From Botryllus schlosseri (lineage: Eukaryota): a DNA stretch of 64,000 bases. This document shows positions 23,443 to 37,270 of the stretch, in pieces. How positions within the stretch are numbered: position 1 is the stretch's first letter; each line of letters opens with the position of its first letter. The stretch spans positions 15,810,001-15,874,000 of the forward strand of contig CM119376.1 of the NCBI GenBank assembly GCA_051294905.1, read 5' to 3'. Both the position numbers and the translations under genes were made by a program. The notes under the pieces are model-generated. The model was not told where the DNA came from. It did not search any database and saw only the letters and a program-made list of their open reading frames with translations.

Positions 23443-26367
23443 ATTTTGCACTGACCCGGCCTTAAAGCGACACTAAAGCGACGTATAGGAATCTTAAAGG
23501 AAATATACTATCGAATATTTCTACAAACTCTGCAAAAAGTAACGCCGTTCAGTTTCATCTATTAGAAGAAGCTCTGATGCGATCTTAAACGTCGGTCGAT
23601 CTAACTTAAACCTGGTGTTCTGCAAACCGAAGACAATATAATTAGCGTCAGCTGCATTCAATATACTGCAGTCTCGAAAGAACACTAGCCTATATCTTTC
23701 GGGTATTGATTGTATCGAATTATCCTCTTCGTTTGACGTGATCCATTTCCCTTCTATTATGCTCACTGCGCGAGAAAACCACAGATCAGCACATAATTTT
23801 ATCAAGAACAACGCAATGTAGCACTGTGTATGGGAACTATATGGATCTGAATTCTACAAAACAGTCACCGCGTCAAAGGTGACAGGACTACGAGACAAGT
23901 TAGAAATGGCACTAGAGTAGATGAATATGTAGTAATTTGGAGTTTATATCATAACTGATTGAAGAAAACAGGCGCAATATATTGAGAAGAAACAACTCCA
24001 TACTGCATGACGACCTCTCTACATCTGCTCGTCATCGAAATATTTATCTGATTCTATCACTGACAGTCTGGCACTCTGTCGTGATCCTCTCTATATATTA
24101 AGAGAAGCTTATGTGGAACGATTGCCAGTACGACCCGTTTGCAGAAGACGATGAGTTTCCAAGCTCCAAACTATTCTTGACACATAGGACTTCTCCATCT
24201 AATATCAGCTTCAATCCTGTATAAATATCATGAATTATTCAATATTTATTATAAGTCATTGTGTGAAACGATAAATTTTCAGAAACAGCGTATACAATAT
24301 ACATATACGCCCGTCATATACCAGCAACACAACATTAATGAGTTCAGAATCAGCGTACATACGAATATCAGTGTTTTGCTGTTTCAGGATTTCTAACCGC
24401 AAATTTTGAAATATCAGGTTATTTATTGTTTTTTCGTTAGGCTTATATAGACTAAAGAATGATTCTGCATATCTGTATATCCGTCTATAGCCTATCTGTC
24501 ATATAAAGATACATGCCGCATATTGTAATGATTGGTTTTCGAAGTCTTATTTTTTCTTAGATTGTCACCGCAAGTTGCTTATGCAGTATACGTGTTACGT
24601 GGTTATATATAGCCAGTCGGCACACAAGAACCAAGTGTTCGTAGTGATATATTGTCAACGGGAGTTTTAGTTTCGATAGTGGAATCCGTGAAACCTAGAT
24701 CGGTTGTAACACACCATTCAATGCATGTAGGCCTAGCGCAAAGCAACACACGTTAGAGGCAACTTCACTTCTCATAAAGCGCAATGGAATAAGTGTTGTC
24801 GAAAAATATTGAATTATCTCTAATGCGGTGTATAATTGTGATTATTTTCGGTGCGGTCGCATAACATCCATATTCGTATGGCGTCATAATGAGTTACACT
24901 CGAATACTCGTCGCCTACAATAGTCGATTTGGAATCGAATAAATCAGCTACTCTATTCCTATTCACTACATGTAGTGTATGTGTACGTGTAATGGAGCTA
25001 TAGCTATAGTTCCACCCCAACGCTCTTGCTACGGAATCAATGCATAAGCAATGTACCCACCACATATCGACTGTTTTACGCGGGACCTCACTTCATATAT
25101 CATTGAAAGCGATCGCTGTCAAAGGGATTCTAGATCCCATTATAGTGTCACGATAGCATAGCATATTATATGCCTAATGAATATTGAAGAATCCGTACTA
25201 CCTTACTCCTTATACAAGGCTGCAAAAGTAGGCAATAATTATGTTATCGAAAAAAGAAAATACGACCTCTCTCCTGCGAGTTAAAGGTAGTCTACAATGC
25301 TCTCTCGCATAGTTTTTTCCAGCGTCTGTTACACACTAACACCCATGCACTCTGAAACGTACTTATTGTCGTAACAGCATTCAGTAGCTTTTCTTTCATA
25401 CCCTTACTATTGTTCCGTGCTGTACTGGAATTCAACTATATTAAATATATATTAGAAATACCATTGCGAAAATTCAGCTAACACTGATACGACACCATAC
25501 AAATGAGACAGTGCCGAGACAGTCAAGCAATTATTCGAGTAAATTGCATAGGCTACCTGCAACATATGAGGGGAACCTCGCCGTATGCTGTAATCCAGAA
25601 ATCAAATCAACCGTTGTGTGTAACGGAAAAGCGAGTTCAAAAAGGAGAGCGTTGGAATAGAAAATCACCCGAATGGCTATACTATAGAAATCTGACTGAA
25701 ACTAATGCAATGAGAGCTTTGATCTATAGATCTGACGGCTTCGATTCGCCAGCTACACGGCAATGCGTAAACAACGAAATGAAGTGGTTTGCGCCATGTG
25801 GAAGGCGCATCGCATGTGTTCAAAAGAAATTATTGAAGGTTCGCCATCTGGTTTGCAAAATGGCATCTTGGATGTCCTTTTCAACTCAAAGCGATGAAAG
25901 TTGTATGTCATTCAGAGGATAAACAAATATCATTCGGATACAAGTAGACACGCCTGCATTAAATACACATTCTTACCGTTGGTTGTGCCGGCGTCGGGGC
26001 AATCATCGGGTAATACGCCCCTTATAAGTGTCGATCTCCAACTACAGGAACACTGATATGACTCTTTACATAATTACCATGAGAGTTACTGCGTGGACCA
26101 CTCATGTCAATCAACATAATTGAAGAGATCTATCTATATTTCGCTGTTTCTGGTGTTGGCTGTAATCCTGAGTTTGTACGTAATCCTGTTCAAGGTCACT
26201 CCTGGTAGTGACTACGGCGATTTCAAAGAGGTACGAGTTGGTATCCCGGGAAATCGATTTGTAAGTAAACCATCGTAGTTGATTTGGACTGCATCAAGTT
26301 TAGATACATTCGCCTTTATAACACGCCCGTATACGCTTCCAAAACTTGTGGAAATTCTATAGCAACT

Positions 26368-26406
26368 GTCGGTCGGTCGGTCGGTCGGTCGGTCGGTCGG
26401 TCGGTC
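26368..26406. repeat. (GTCG)n microsatellite
   Basis: About 10 perfect tetranucleotide units. Confidence 0.97.
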
Positions 26407-26845
26407 CGTTCCCTATTACCGCTACTAGGGACTTCAAAATCACACTCTGTAAAATCCCACATGCGAATTTTGGATGACAAAGTATACAAAAAGATTATAA
26501 CGAAGCGAACTCTAACACATAAGGTTGCATTTAACACAAAGGGTTTTTTAAAACACTTTGTTTAGAACATGTTTTAAACACGGGCCTTTTAAAAAAAAAG
26601 TTTTTTCAAGTTGTAAAATTATGCCATATACATTTATGCATAATCGTGTATAAATAATTTCCAAAAATCATGTTGTATCAGCCTATACGGACAATTACCA
26701 CCCGATATAGCCGACGCATATCGATGCGGGATGGTTGTAACCCTCGAAATAGTCGGTTAAACAGCAATAGTACAGATGTTTCGTCAAAGGAGGTATATTT
26801 ACCCTATTTTTTCAATTGTCAATGTCAATCCACACACCAGCGAGA

Positions 26846-27130
26846 GTGGCGAGATAGCGTATAGTGGTATAATCCATAGCTCCAAAACAAATGGTTGCGG
26901 GTTCGAGTCCGACCGAGGTCGACCCAAGAATTCCTACCTAAGTGTTGGAAGTTGATAGGCTCCTACTCGTCATGCTATTCGTGTAAGTGGTGTCAAATAA
27001 AAGCCTGGAAGGGGTCCACGCTGCAAGTCGGCATCTACGTCATAAAATGAATAAAATTGCCCTGGTGTAAATGATCATAGTAGTCGACAGACAACATGAA
27101 TACCACAAACAACAACACACAACACACCAA
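26846..27130 (+). mobile_element. tRNA-derived SINE
   Basis: GTGGCGAGATAGCGTATAGTGGTATAA...GGTTCGAGTCC (B box); same body as 15633; AAC-rich tail. Confidence 0.87.
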
Positions 27131-27140
27131 CGAGGTTATA

Positions 27141-27223
27141 TTGTTGTTGTTGTTGATGATGATGATGTTTTAGTAGTAGTCGTAGTAGTCGTCGTAGTAG
27201 TCGTAGTAGTAGTAGTAGTAGTA
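27141..27223. repeat. Compound (GTT)(GAT)(TAG/GTC) trinucleotide microsatellite
   Basis: Directly visible; adjoins the SINE tail. Confidence 0.93.
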
Positions 27224-29545
27224 ATCGGTGTTACGTAACAGCGTCAAGGTTTTGTTTTATGCGCCATGAACATTTTCGAGCATTTCTAAAAACTATATTC
27301 GGAAAATATATATCTAAGACAAGCATTCCGCATAACATCATCATCAAGGTGAAAACAACTCGAATATAATAAGAAGAGCGTTCATCCCCATACATCCAGA
27401 AAGGAATAGAAATGGTGCGTTCCCTTCGAAGGTCTGGATCGTGTGAAAAGAGCTTATATATACGAATACGAACCTATGACGCCACAATATCAATTCCAAA
27501 CAATTCACGGAATGTCTGCATGAATGTTTATAGTTATAGATAAATATTTACAGATAAATATAATAATTACTTTGCAAGTGGACGTTAAATAAGGTGTGAA
27601 AGCAACCAAGATCTTATTATTATCTATATCGTCTGCTATCGGTTAAACGAATTACTCATTTATGGATTGACAGATCTTATAATTATGCTCCCCCTTCGTT
27701 ATCTGAATTAGCGGATTATATTTTGGGGGGAATTGTTCCTGGCACGGCTGTAGTGGTATTGGAAAGCACGTTTGTCTTTCTGTCCACTCACCCATCTGCA
27801 AGGTATTGCCGAAGTTGCAGTCATTATTCTGAGTACATATTTTATATAGTATGACGTGACTCATAACGGTGTGATAGAATGGCTTTTCACGGGATATTCT
27901 AGCAAAGCTAGTGGCCACATGTAGCGAAGTTATTGGAGTAGAATGAATTTTGGAATTACGAAAAATAGTATCTACCTCGCTTCTACGTTTGGAATTGAGC
28001 CAAATTTGTTCTATATCGTTTTTTTTGTACAACGGGAAAATTTCATGGCGTGGGCAGTAAAATTTGTAAGTAATTCATTTATAATTCATTTTCAAATGAT
28101 CCAATTTTTGCTACTACAGGCTGTAAGGCCGCCAAATTCGATGTGTGCTGTCTTTTAGGCAGGCTAACAATTTTATCTGTTAGCCAGTATAAACGTTCAA
28201 AAAGCTATTTTGAACCCTAAGCCGCGCATCCATTCACAAGCACTATATATTGTATGCAGATCTATGGAGCCCAGTAACTATTTTACAACACGCCTCCGAC
28301 TATACGATTTCAGTCTGATCATATATAGAAAACTCTACTATTGCACTGGGTTGTATAGGTTTAGACCAATGGTTCCCAAAACTTTATGGTCGTGATCCAA
28401 TTTCCGATATGATAATTTTTCGTGGCCCACCTCTAAAATTGGTTAGGGAATTACTAAAAAAAGGTCAGCATCGTTATGAACCCAAGTAGAAAACCACTGC
28501 CTTAAAGCTAGTCCGAGGACCCCATTTTGAAAATTTCAACTTCACGCACTTTTTTTCGTTTAAAACCCCTTCCTTTAAATTCCTGTTGGCGTTTTTATTT
28601 AGAAATCTACTTCTGACGAACAACATTATGAATATGAAAGAAAATTTTCATCACATACTTTCGAATAGGACTACAAGTTTACGTAGTTTAAAGCGGTGGT
28701 TTCAAACGCCGGTTCGCGTCAAATTTCCTGCCGACCCGCCAAACAATCATAATTTTACGTATCAATTGGAAAATAAAATAAGTTGGACGCTTGCCTATTA
28801 ACCAGAGAAATGAGGCATCCAATTTTAAATTGATTTTGAAATTTAGAAAGTAGTTTTCTTCATTTTGTCACATTTTAGAGCTCATCTATACTTGGTACAA
28901 CAGTTGCAAGTGATGTTGTACCGGAGCCTACGATACTGAATATCGTAGGCCCCGGTTGTACCAAACTGCTTAAAAGTACTGTAGCCTACAGCTACAACAC
29001 ATTTAATGCCAGTACGTCATTGTTATACTTATTGTATTGCGACGCTCCGATTGTTCAACGCAATGGTAATTTCCTAATTTGCGGGCGATTTCGGTTGGGC
29101 TTCAGTACTCTGACCAGATTATTATTTTACAATTTAGGAATCTGTCTATTTACGAAGAGACCGGACATTGCTGTTCTTATCTGGGTAAACAGCCGTGCAG
29201 TCACGTCGCAAACCTCCGAATAAGCAAAGTTCGCATATCGAACAAGAACATTCTCAGTCTCACCACCCCTTGAAAGGAACCTTCGATGAAACTCGTATCT
29301 AAATCAAGATAAAAGAAACTGATCCACCGTTGCAGGAACTATGCACTTATAAACAGATTATAAAAACAAATAAACATTCAGTCGGTAAAGTTCCGCAACA
29401 TGAAACACAAACGAGATAGTGTCGGTCAAGTCGCCTGATCGAGATGTTGGCAATGGCGATAGAAGTGAGCCACGAAAACACTTGTAGTGTACTATACACG
29501 CTACTCATTAACATAATTAACCTCCGAGCTTTATATGATTACAAA

Positions 29546-29923
29546 TAGGGCTGGGCAAAATCGAGTACCTGAGTGATTCGATTCTGAATCACGTATTACG
29601 CTTCGAGTCGAATCGAGTATTCGAGTATCGCTCATTATGACGTCACAACATAATGTACTATTTCAAAGTTCAAATATGTACCTTATATGCCAGCACAAAG
29701 GACATAATGCCTGTTATCCGTCACATTGAAGATACTTTGGTATTTTTTCGGGTCGGGTGGAAAATACTATCATAACTGTAATTCTCGTTGGTAAATTAAA
29801 TTTCAGATGCTAGGAGCGTATAATTTCAGTACCCGAAAAAATCATCGTTTATTACTCGACTCGAATCATTAAAATTAATACTCGATTCAGATTCGAGTAC
29901 TCGAATCGTTGTGCCCAGCCCTA
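29546..29923 (+). mobile_element. hAT MITE family C
   Basis: TIR TAGGGCTGGGCA; perfect TSD ATTACAAA. Confidence 0.93.
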
Positions 29924-30108
29924 ATTACAAATACGTCGGTGCTTTCCGAAAAATGATAGATGTAGAGGTTCCGTTGTTGTTGTTTTGCATTCATGGCGTT
30001 TCGACGCCTGTTGTCGTTTTACAATTGGTCGATATTCTAATTACGATTTCTAAGATGTCGGTTAGGTGCCACTTATGGTGGTACCACTTATGCAGATCTG
30101 GTCTAGAT

Positions 30109-31220
30109 TAGGGTTACCATATTTTTGTGGATCAAATTCCGGATACTCTTTAGCGCCCACTAGCGGATTTTACAATGAGGTATAAATACATTGTCGGTCA
30201 GCATGACGTCACGCTAGCAAAGCTTCACCTATCGACACAGGAGTGGAGTGTAACATAGGTTTTGAATTAGGCCCTCTCTAATGTGAGCTCTGGTGATTGC
30301 TTGGGTCTGCAACAGGTTTCTTCACGGGCCGGATGAAATCGTCTGGAAGGCCGTAACCGGTCCGCCGGTTGTACGTTTAACAGACCTGCTATACTTTTAG
30401 GTAGGTGCAGTTATTTGGTTGTGTGTTGTAACCAGGTCCCAAACAACATTTTTTCAGCCCCCTTCCTCTCAAAAAAGCATTAATCTTGGGCCCACCATAG
30501 GGTAATCGATGCAACTTCCTGCGGGCTTACTATATGCGTCTGCTGGTTAAAATTTGTGAATGAATTCTGTCAAAAATATTTGTTCCTCCATATATTACTA
30601 TAAAACATACCAGTAGATTGCGCATCCGGTGGTTACCGACCTTTTATGGCCGAGAGCTCATTTCCAATTTGAAAATGTTCGCTGTCCAGCTAAAAAATGA
30701 TAGGCTGATTAATAAAAAAGTCTGCTTGCCCAGACTTACTCGCGGCCTATTTTTGAAGCTGATGACGACCAACATCTTTGCGATCCCCGGAATAAAGGCA
30801 AACGACCCCCAAGTTTAGAACAAGTGTCCTTGACTAAACTGAAGCATCCAAACGGCCTAAACCAATTCTAGGAATATACCGCTATCTTATAATTGCGACT
30901 ACAATTACACTTATTTCAGTAAATGATGATTATTTTTAATTCTTTTTGATTGCATTTTTTGCGAGGGCGGTGCGTGGTCACCATATTAATATCACAACAC
31001 ATTGTATTAAATCGCGCGCAGCGCGACGAAAATTTCAATTAGCGTAAATCTGCTTAAAAATAATATTATTTATGTTGATTTTTATAAAAATTTTGAGCCT
31101 ACTTCAAGCCTTACAAATTCTGCTCTACATTTGTGCATATTTTAGAATTTCCTCCTGGACGCAGTTTTTACAGTGAAATTCCGGACATGTCCGGGAAATT
31201 CCGGACATATGGCAACCCTA
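30109..31220 (+). mobile_element. hAT non-autonomous family D (TAGGGTTACCATA / TATGGCAACCCTA, TCCGGAC repeats)
   Basis: TSD GTCTAGAT / GCCTAGAT; second copy at 48806-50466. Both copies share an older nested CGGTGGTT-ended MITE. Confidence 0.9.
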
Positions 31221-32504
31221 GCCTAGATGAGTCCGCAGCAATTAGGAAGGGATTCAGGAGTCGACCTCGATCGAAATGGAACCTATAATCCAACCTTTTT
31301 CGGAATGGTACACCTGTTTACCCAATACATGTAAACCCCACAGAATCCGTAGTATTCATAATCAGAATAAGGATTAGAAAAGCTGCATGGTACATAGTAA
31401 ATATTAAATGCTAATAGCTAATGCCATCAGCTCTCGCTTTTCCAGACAAGAGTAGGCTGCACCAAGTGTTACATAAATTGTCACGAAAGTCCCCACTGCC
31501 CAGCGGTAGCCTACCTTACGAAAGAAATATATCGCGGTCATTAATCCTACATGTGTACGTGCATACCTTCCTTCGTTCCTATGTGCAATTGTGCATGCAT
31601 ATAATTTGGATTAAAATGTTGAACTCGATTTATACCGTGGCATAAGTCTGTGGTAGGTTCTGGTTTCGCGTGCCACGGGGTAGGCTACATCCACGCCCGT
31701 ACATCAGGTGTGGTACACGGTTGTAAATACACACTCTTTTCGCTAGGAGTGTACGTCGTATCAGGGATATCTAAAACTAGTTTTAAATATCCCTGACGTC
31801 GTATGCACAATCCAAATTCAAAACAAAGGCAACAATAGCATATTATTTCGAAACAATTAAAGTCACAGGTCACTGTTTCCATACAATATAGCAGGGCTCT
31901 TCAACCGGGTGTTTCGTACACCCCAGGGTGTACAATAATTTTCAAAGGGTGTACCACTCGGATGGGGTGTACAGGGGTGTACCAGATCCGCATTATAATG
32001 AACCGATGAGACTATGTCTATATGCTATCATAATAAATACGCCAGTTTATGCTTCAGAACAGGTTGACTGGATGAGTAATATCGTACAATGTGATGTCAA
32101 AAGCAATTGTTTCTCATCATTTAACCTTTGGTAGTGGACTTATTAGTTCCTTCTAGATTAGAACAGGGTGGAGTTAGCATGTGTTCAGCTTGCGATATCT
32201 GTCTGATGATTCTCGAGGAAACCACCGCTACAGCTCAGACATGTTGAATTGGTACTTCCTGCGGCAAGCTTATACATAGCGCAGAATACATGATTGTGCA
32301 GCCAGAGGGTGGAGTTTCCGAACCACTGCGTTCGATGGTGGTCCAGCAACCTCGAGCCCTGATTCGTATTAAGCATTTTCTATACGTTGCAGCCTTGCTC
32401 AAATGTTCATTGTTCATCCTTATTTCGGTTAGGCCAGGGGTGCTCAACCTGCAGACGCACGGCCACATTCAGCCGTAAAACCATAATTTTGCGACCGTCT
32501 ACAC

Positions 32505-32791
32505 CAGTGCAGGCTCTCAACCTGGGGGGCGCGAAGAAGCGGTCAGCTGAACATTGTTTTCGCGCTCCGCGCGATTTATCTCCAATTCACGCGGGTTTCT
32601 TTATATATATACTTAATTTAATATTTTTTTAATTCTCTCATCGACAGTCATAACCTTCCATGCCATCAAACGATCTGTTGGGGTTGCTATTACCATCCCG
32701 GTTAGAATTGGTGATATGACGATAAGGTGGGCGCGAAATTTTTCACTATCATAAAGGGGGGCATGTCTCAAAAAAAGGTTGAGAACCACTG
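32505..32791. mobile_element. Buster-type hAT MITE nested just inside another hAT left end (32435)
   Basis: Perfect TSD GTCTACAC; right TIR GGTTGAGAACCACTG. Confidence 0.82.
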
Positions 32792-33455
32792 GTCTACACA
32801 TATTTAAATTAGCGTGTGTTGGCGGCCTTCATTATGCAACCAATTGTTGCTGGTTCGAGTCTCGGCTCTGCCACGTTTCTATGTGTCGGAGGTTTATCTG
32901 GGCTCCTCATCGCCGACCGCCTGTTAACGTAGCGTCTTGAAAAGCCTAGGGGTGGCCAACCTTTTTGCTATTCACGGCCGCATTTCGATTAGTCATGTAG
33001 CCTACGGCCGCATTCCAGTGCATAGCTCGTAATGAACATTCTGGACGCCAAATATCCATTTTTACCTGTCCATATCCATTTTAGGTGATCGAGCTTCAGA
33101 CTAATCTACTTATAATAATATCATATTAAAATACGCACTGAAATCGCTAGTGGTCAATGACTTCACTCGTTATGTTATGAATACGTCATGGATACGTCAT
33201 GGTCATGGATACGTCAACTGGATACGTCATGGTCGCGCGAAGCGGGAAACTTTTTCTGATCCACGAATGAATTTCGTCATTAATATTAGTAGTTTCACAT
33301 ATTCCTATCAAATATTCATCGTTAGCCCATGTGATCAGATTCCCCGGTAGATGGAGGGTGTGTTTTCGAAAATTTGAGGCAAGTTATATATACAATGATG
33401 CATCTTCGGGTGGGCCAATTGTAATTAGTCACTTTGTTGCATATGCTGTTATTTC

Positions 33456-33957
33456 CAGGGCTGGGCACAATGATTCGAGTACTCGAAGCTGAATCGAGTA
33501 TTAATTTTAATGATTCGAGTCGAGTATAGGAAAATACGATTTTTTCGTGTATACGCTCCTTGCAACGGAAAGTTAATTTACTGGCGATAGTTATAGTTTC
33601 CATACTATTTTCCGCTGAGGAAGCCTTGAAACCTTGATTGACCGTGTCGGAGCATACGAGACATAATACAAAGATACGAGCGTTACTGGAAATAACACAT
33701 TTCGGAAGTCATGATCATCCCACAACATTGTCAAGAAGTGCAATGAAATCGGTATTGTCGAAAAAATACCAGAGTATCTTCAATGTGACTGAAAAAGGGC
33801 ATTATGTTCTTTGTGGTGACATAAAAGGTACATATTTGAACTTTGACATAGTACATTCTGCTGTGACGTCATAATGAGTGATACTCGAATACTCGACTCG
33901 AGCGTAATACGTGATTCACAATCGAATCACTCAGGTACTCGATTTTGCCCAGCCCTA
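33456..33957 (-). mobile_element. hAT MITE family C (inverted)
   Basis: Perfect TSD GTTATTTC. Confidence 0.93.
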
Positions 33958-34306
33958 GTTATTTCGTGACCGTCTATCAGAATTGCCAGTATAGAGGAAA
34001 GATATTGAAATCACCCAAACCCTCTAGAAACAATTTCTTTCGTGATGAAAACACGATTCCAAGTTGGTATTGCTATATGGCGCGCATCATTTTTCTCTGC
34101 TGTTCACATCTGTACTGCGGTGCTCAGATTGCAAAGGCGCTATACTATATTAAAATCGAAAAACGAAGTCGCATTGAAGCGCGCGCAGCGCGTAGAAAAT
34201 TTCAAGGTTGATTAAAATCAATTCGTAAATTCAATTTTCATGTCGACGGCCGCCAACATGAAATGATTGAATTACGTGTTCACGGCCGCACAAATTTCCT
34301 TCTGCG

Positions 34307-34455
34307 CAGGGCTTTGGAGCCGGAGCCGGAGCCGGAGCCCGGAGCCCCGGAGTCGTGCAATTTCAGCGGAGCCGGGGCCGGAGCTCGATTTAAAATTTTA
34401 AAGGAGCCGGAGCCGGAGCTGGAGCCCGATGTTAGGAAAGTAGCTCCGGCTCCGG
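34307..34455 (+). mobile_element. hAT left end with GGAGCC arrays; probable 5' terminus of the element encoding the 36171 transposase
   Basis: CAGGGCTTTGGAGCCGGAGCCGGAGCC...GCTCCGGCTCCGG. No matching right end or TSD found. Confidence 0.55.
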
Positions 34456-36683
34456 TGTCTTTAATAATACGATATGCTACTAAAATTTCCTAAATTTGGA
34501 ATTTAATTCATTAAAATTTGGAATTGATGCCCCTTTGGCGGCACCTTGCTAACTAACACTTTGCTTGGGATTTGACTATAGATAACAACCTACCAAGAAT
34601 GTATATTACCGAGCTGCCGAGAGTTGACACTGATTTGAAACGAAATTTAGATCATTCCCGAGACGCGACGCACGCTCAGTGCTGCCTGGCATTGGTTCCT
34701 GATATTTGGGCCATTGTTGCGCTAGAATAATGGCGTATAATTCATTTGCGAGCATATTAGAACAGGACGATCAGTAATACAATATATCAAGATTAAAGCG
34801 TCTGACAGACGTTTATCTTCCAAGCGAACCAAATCATGTTAAAATTTATGATTATTATTATTGAATCACGCCTCGGATATTATATTATCATCCATGACAC
34901 GGGGCTCTAATTGGTACGAAATCTGGCCAGTTGATGAGATCTCCAGCTTCGAATTATAAGATATGATGAAGATTGGTATCGTAACTCGCTTTCGGTAACT
35001 AGAGGCGAAGATCCGGTCACATACGACGCTGGATCTACATAATGTAACTGGGTCATGTCTATGAGTTGAGTGCACTGTATACTATGCAGTCTTTAATATG
35101 AACAAGTGCGTTGTGATGTAACATGGTACGCGGGTGTTGTCATAACTGGATTCCGGTATCCGAGGCACAGAACAAGTTGTGGTCAGCGGATTCATTTTTA
35201 ATAAAGTGTGTATCGTATCCGTGCTAATCCTTGTCTTAAGCATTCGTTACAATAAGAAAATTGTGCGAGATTGACCAGTGAACTTCGAGAGCAAGTTCTC
35301 TACAACATTTTATATCCGAGTGGAACATTTCATACACGAGAATGTTGCAAAATGCTCAACAAATGGATTTGTCCAAAGCCCATGGTTCCGAACGATCGGA
35401 GCGGAGAAACACAATGGCCATAATAATGTCCGATTGAGTCAAGCGAGTGTTCGGAACAACGCTTACTTTCATACTTTGACGGCTAGTTCGGGGTTGTTCT
35501 TTCGCCCTGACCAGATTTGAATTTATATTTTCAGAGTCAGTGATACACTAGCTTTCGCTGGTAGCAGTTTCAATAAATTTGAGTTCTTGAGTCGACAGCT
35601 ATACGATTAGCAATTATGCTGATATAGGCTGCCAGCTTATCAGTGTAGCCCTGACAGTTGCACAATGCACAGTGCACAACTGCACATCTATCTGTAGGCT
35701 AATAATCTATCGTCAGATGTCAGGTATCGATCTCGTTCTCGATAATGCCGAGAAGCCATGCATTTCTGAACTAGTATCTGAAAGGGAACATGAGAAGCTA
35801 TACTGCTTTGCAATATATATTCATTATAATGTTCTCATTTTGGCTGAAACTTAAAATTTATTGGTAATATTCTTTAACCCGTCGGCTTTGCACAGTTGAT
35901 GTTGAGCACCAGTAATCCATAGTATTATTAGATGTGTCGTCAGAAGTGTTTAATGGTTGATATTGGGGTTCCTTCGAGGCTGGCAGATTAGCGTAAGTGT
36001 TCCGTGGCTTAGTGAAGGAACAGCAGGCCTACCACGGTTTTAGTGTGTACTGTAGCTAGCTACAAGGCTTTTGCTTTAGTGGTTAGATTTTCTATTCCGT
36101 TCGAATTGAAACTTCAGTATTTCACACCAACGTTTACAGAACTCAAAGCTATTAACATTGTACCAACGATATGAGTAAGAAAGGCGAGAAATCTTCAGTT
36201 GTCAGTTGTTTTGAAAGAGTGGATGGAGATGGTTATATATGCCAGATTCTGAAAAACGAAGAGATGTGTGCAGCGAAATTAGGATTAAAAATGTTCAATT
36301 TGAGACGTCACATAGAACGGTATCACCCAGATATTTTCAAAACTATCCTTGCAGAGCAACCAAAGAAGAAAGAAGATATTCAAGATAGCGGTACAAATAA
36401 ACAACGAAGGCTTTCGAAATACTTTGAAAGTGAAAAAATCAATGTGTCGATGACGAAAGAAAAATTCAAACGTCATCTCATTCAATTGGTTGTGGATAAC
36501 GGTGTAGCTCTTACACTTTTCTCTTCATCAGCATGGAGAAATGGCTGAGAAACTTGGTGTTTCACTAGCAAGTGTAAGAACTATGATTATATGTGAAGCC
36601 GAGAAGCAGAAGAGCAAATTAAAAGAAGATTTACGAGATAATTTTTTGTTTTTGAAATTGGATGCATGCACAAGACACAGAAT

Positions 36684-37270
36684 CAGGGTTGTAATGACTC
36701 GAGTCATGACTCGACTCGAGTCAGACTCGAGTCACGATTTTCTGATGACTCGACTTGACTCGAGTCATTTTCTCAAAATACGGAAATGACTCGAGTCAAT
36801 CTGTGTATTGACTCGACTTGGACTCGAGTCATTGCGCATGACTCGAACCAAGTCATATGACTCGAGACGCAGACGGCCAAGACCGATATTTTTGTCGTAT
36901 TTTTGAAGAATAGTGAAGTAACCACCCTATTGGGATTTCGTTTATTGGTACTAGCACGTGAGAATGCGATCAGAACCTGGTAAAAGTGAGGAAAATTACT
37001 ATATTATAAATGCGAACCATTCAAAATCACCAAACAGAGTTATAAAAAGTGAGTTTAACAAGATTTTAGCTGGGAATTGAGCAGTCAACGTATTGACTTG
37101 GACTCGACTCGAGTCATAATACCATGACTCGGACTCGACCCTCTGATCGGTGACTTGGACTCGGACTTGACTCGATGGTGAGTTGAAAATGACTCGACTT
37201 GACTCGAGTCAAAATTATAAAAGTGAAATTGACTTGTGACTCGGAGCCTTGTGACTTGGTTACAACCCTG
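36684..37270 (+). mobile_element. GACTCGAGTC hAT MITE inserted just after the first catalytic Asp codon region of the transposase
   Basis: TIR CAGGGTTGTAA; perfect TSD CACAGAAT. Confidence 0.96.

Noticed and set aside
25503-25922. 139-aa plus-strand ORF
   Set aside because: It has no recognisable domain or splice context and is consistent with chance.
26120-26270. Plus-strand hydrophobic stretch ending in GTAAGT, like the first exon of a type II membrane protein
   Set aside because: There is an in-frame stop immediately upstream, no ATG or good acceptor, and no compatible downstream exon found.
29120-29300. Minus-strand exon-like segment YEFHRRFLSRGG... after a strong acceptor (similar candidates at about 24216, 26042 and 27900)
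   Set aside because: They could not be chained into a phase-consistent gene or matched to a family, so I could not support them without transcript data.
34263-34493. ORF with EPEPEPEP repeats
   Set aside because: It is the read-through of the GGAGCC terminal array.
35273-35430. LTSELREQVLYN... faintly like a retroviral integrase zinc-binding region
   Set aside because: The His/Cys ligands are missing and there are no LTR or pol remnants nearby.
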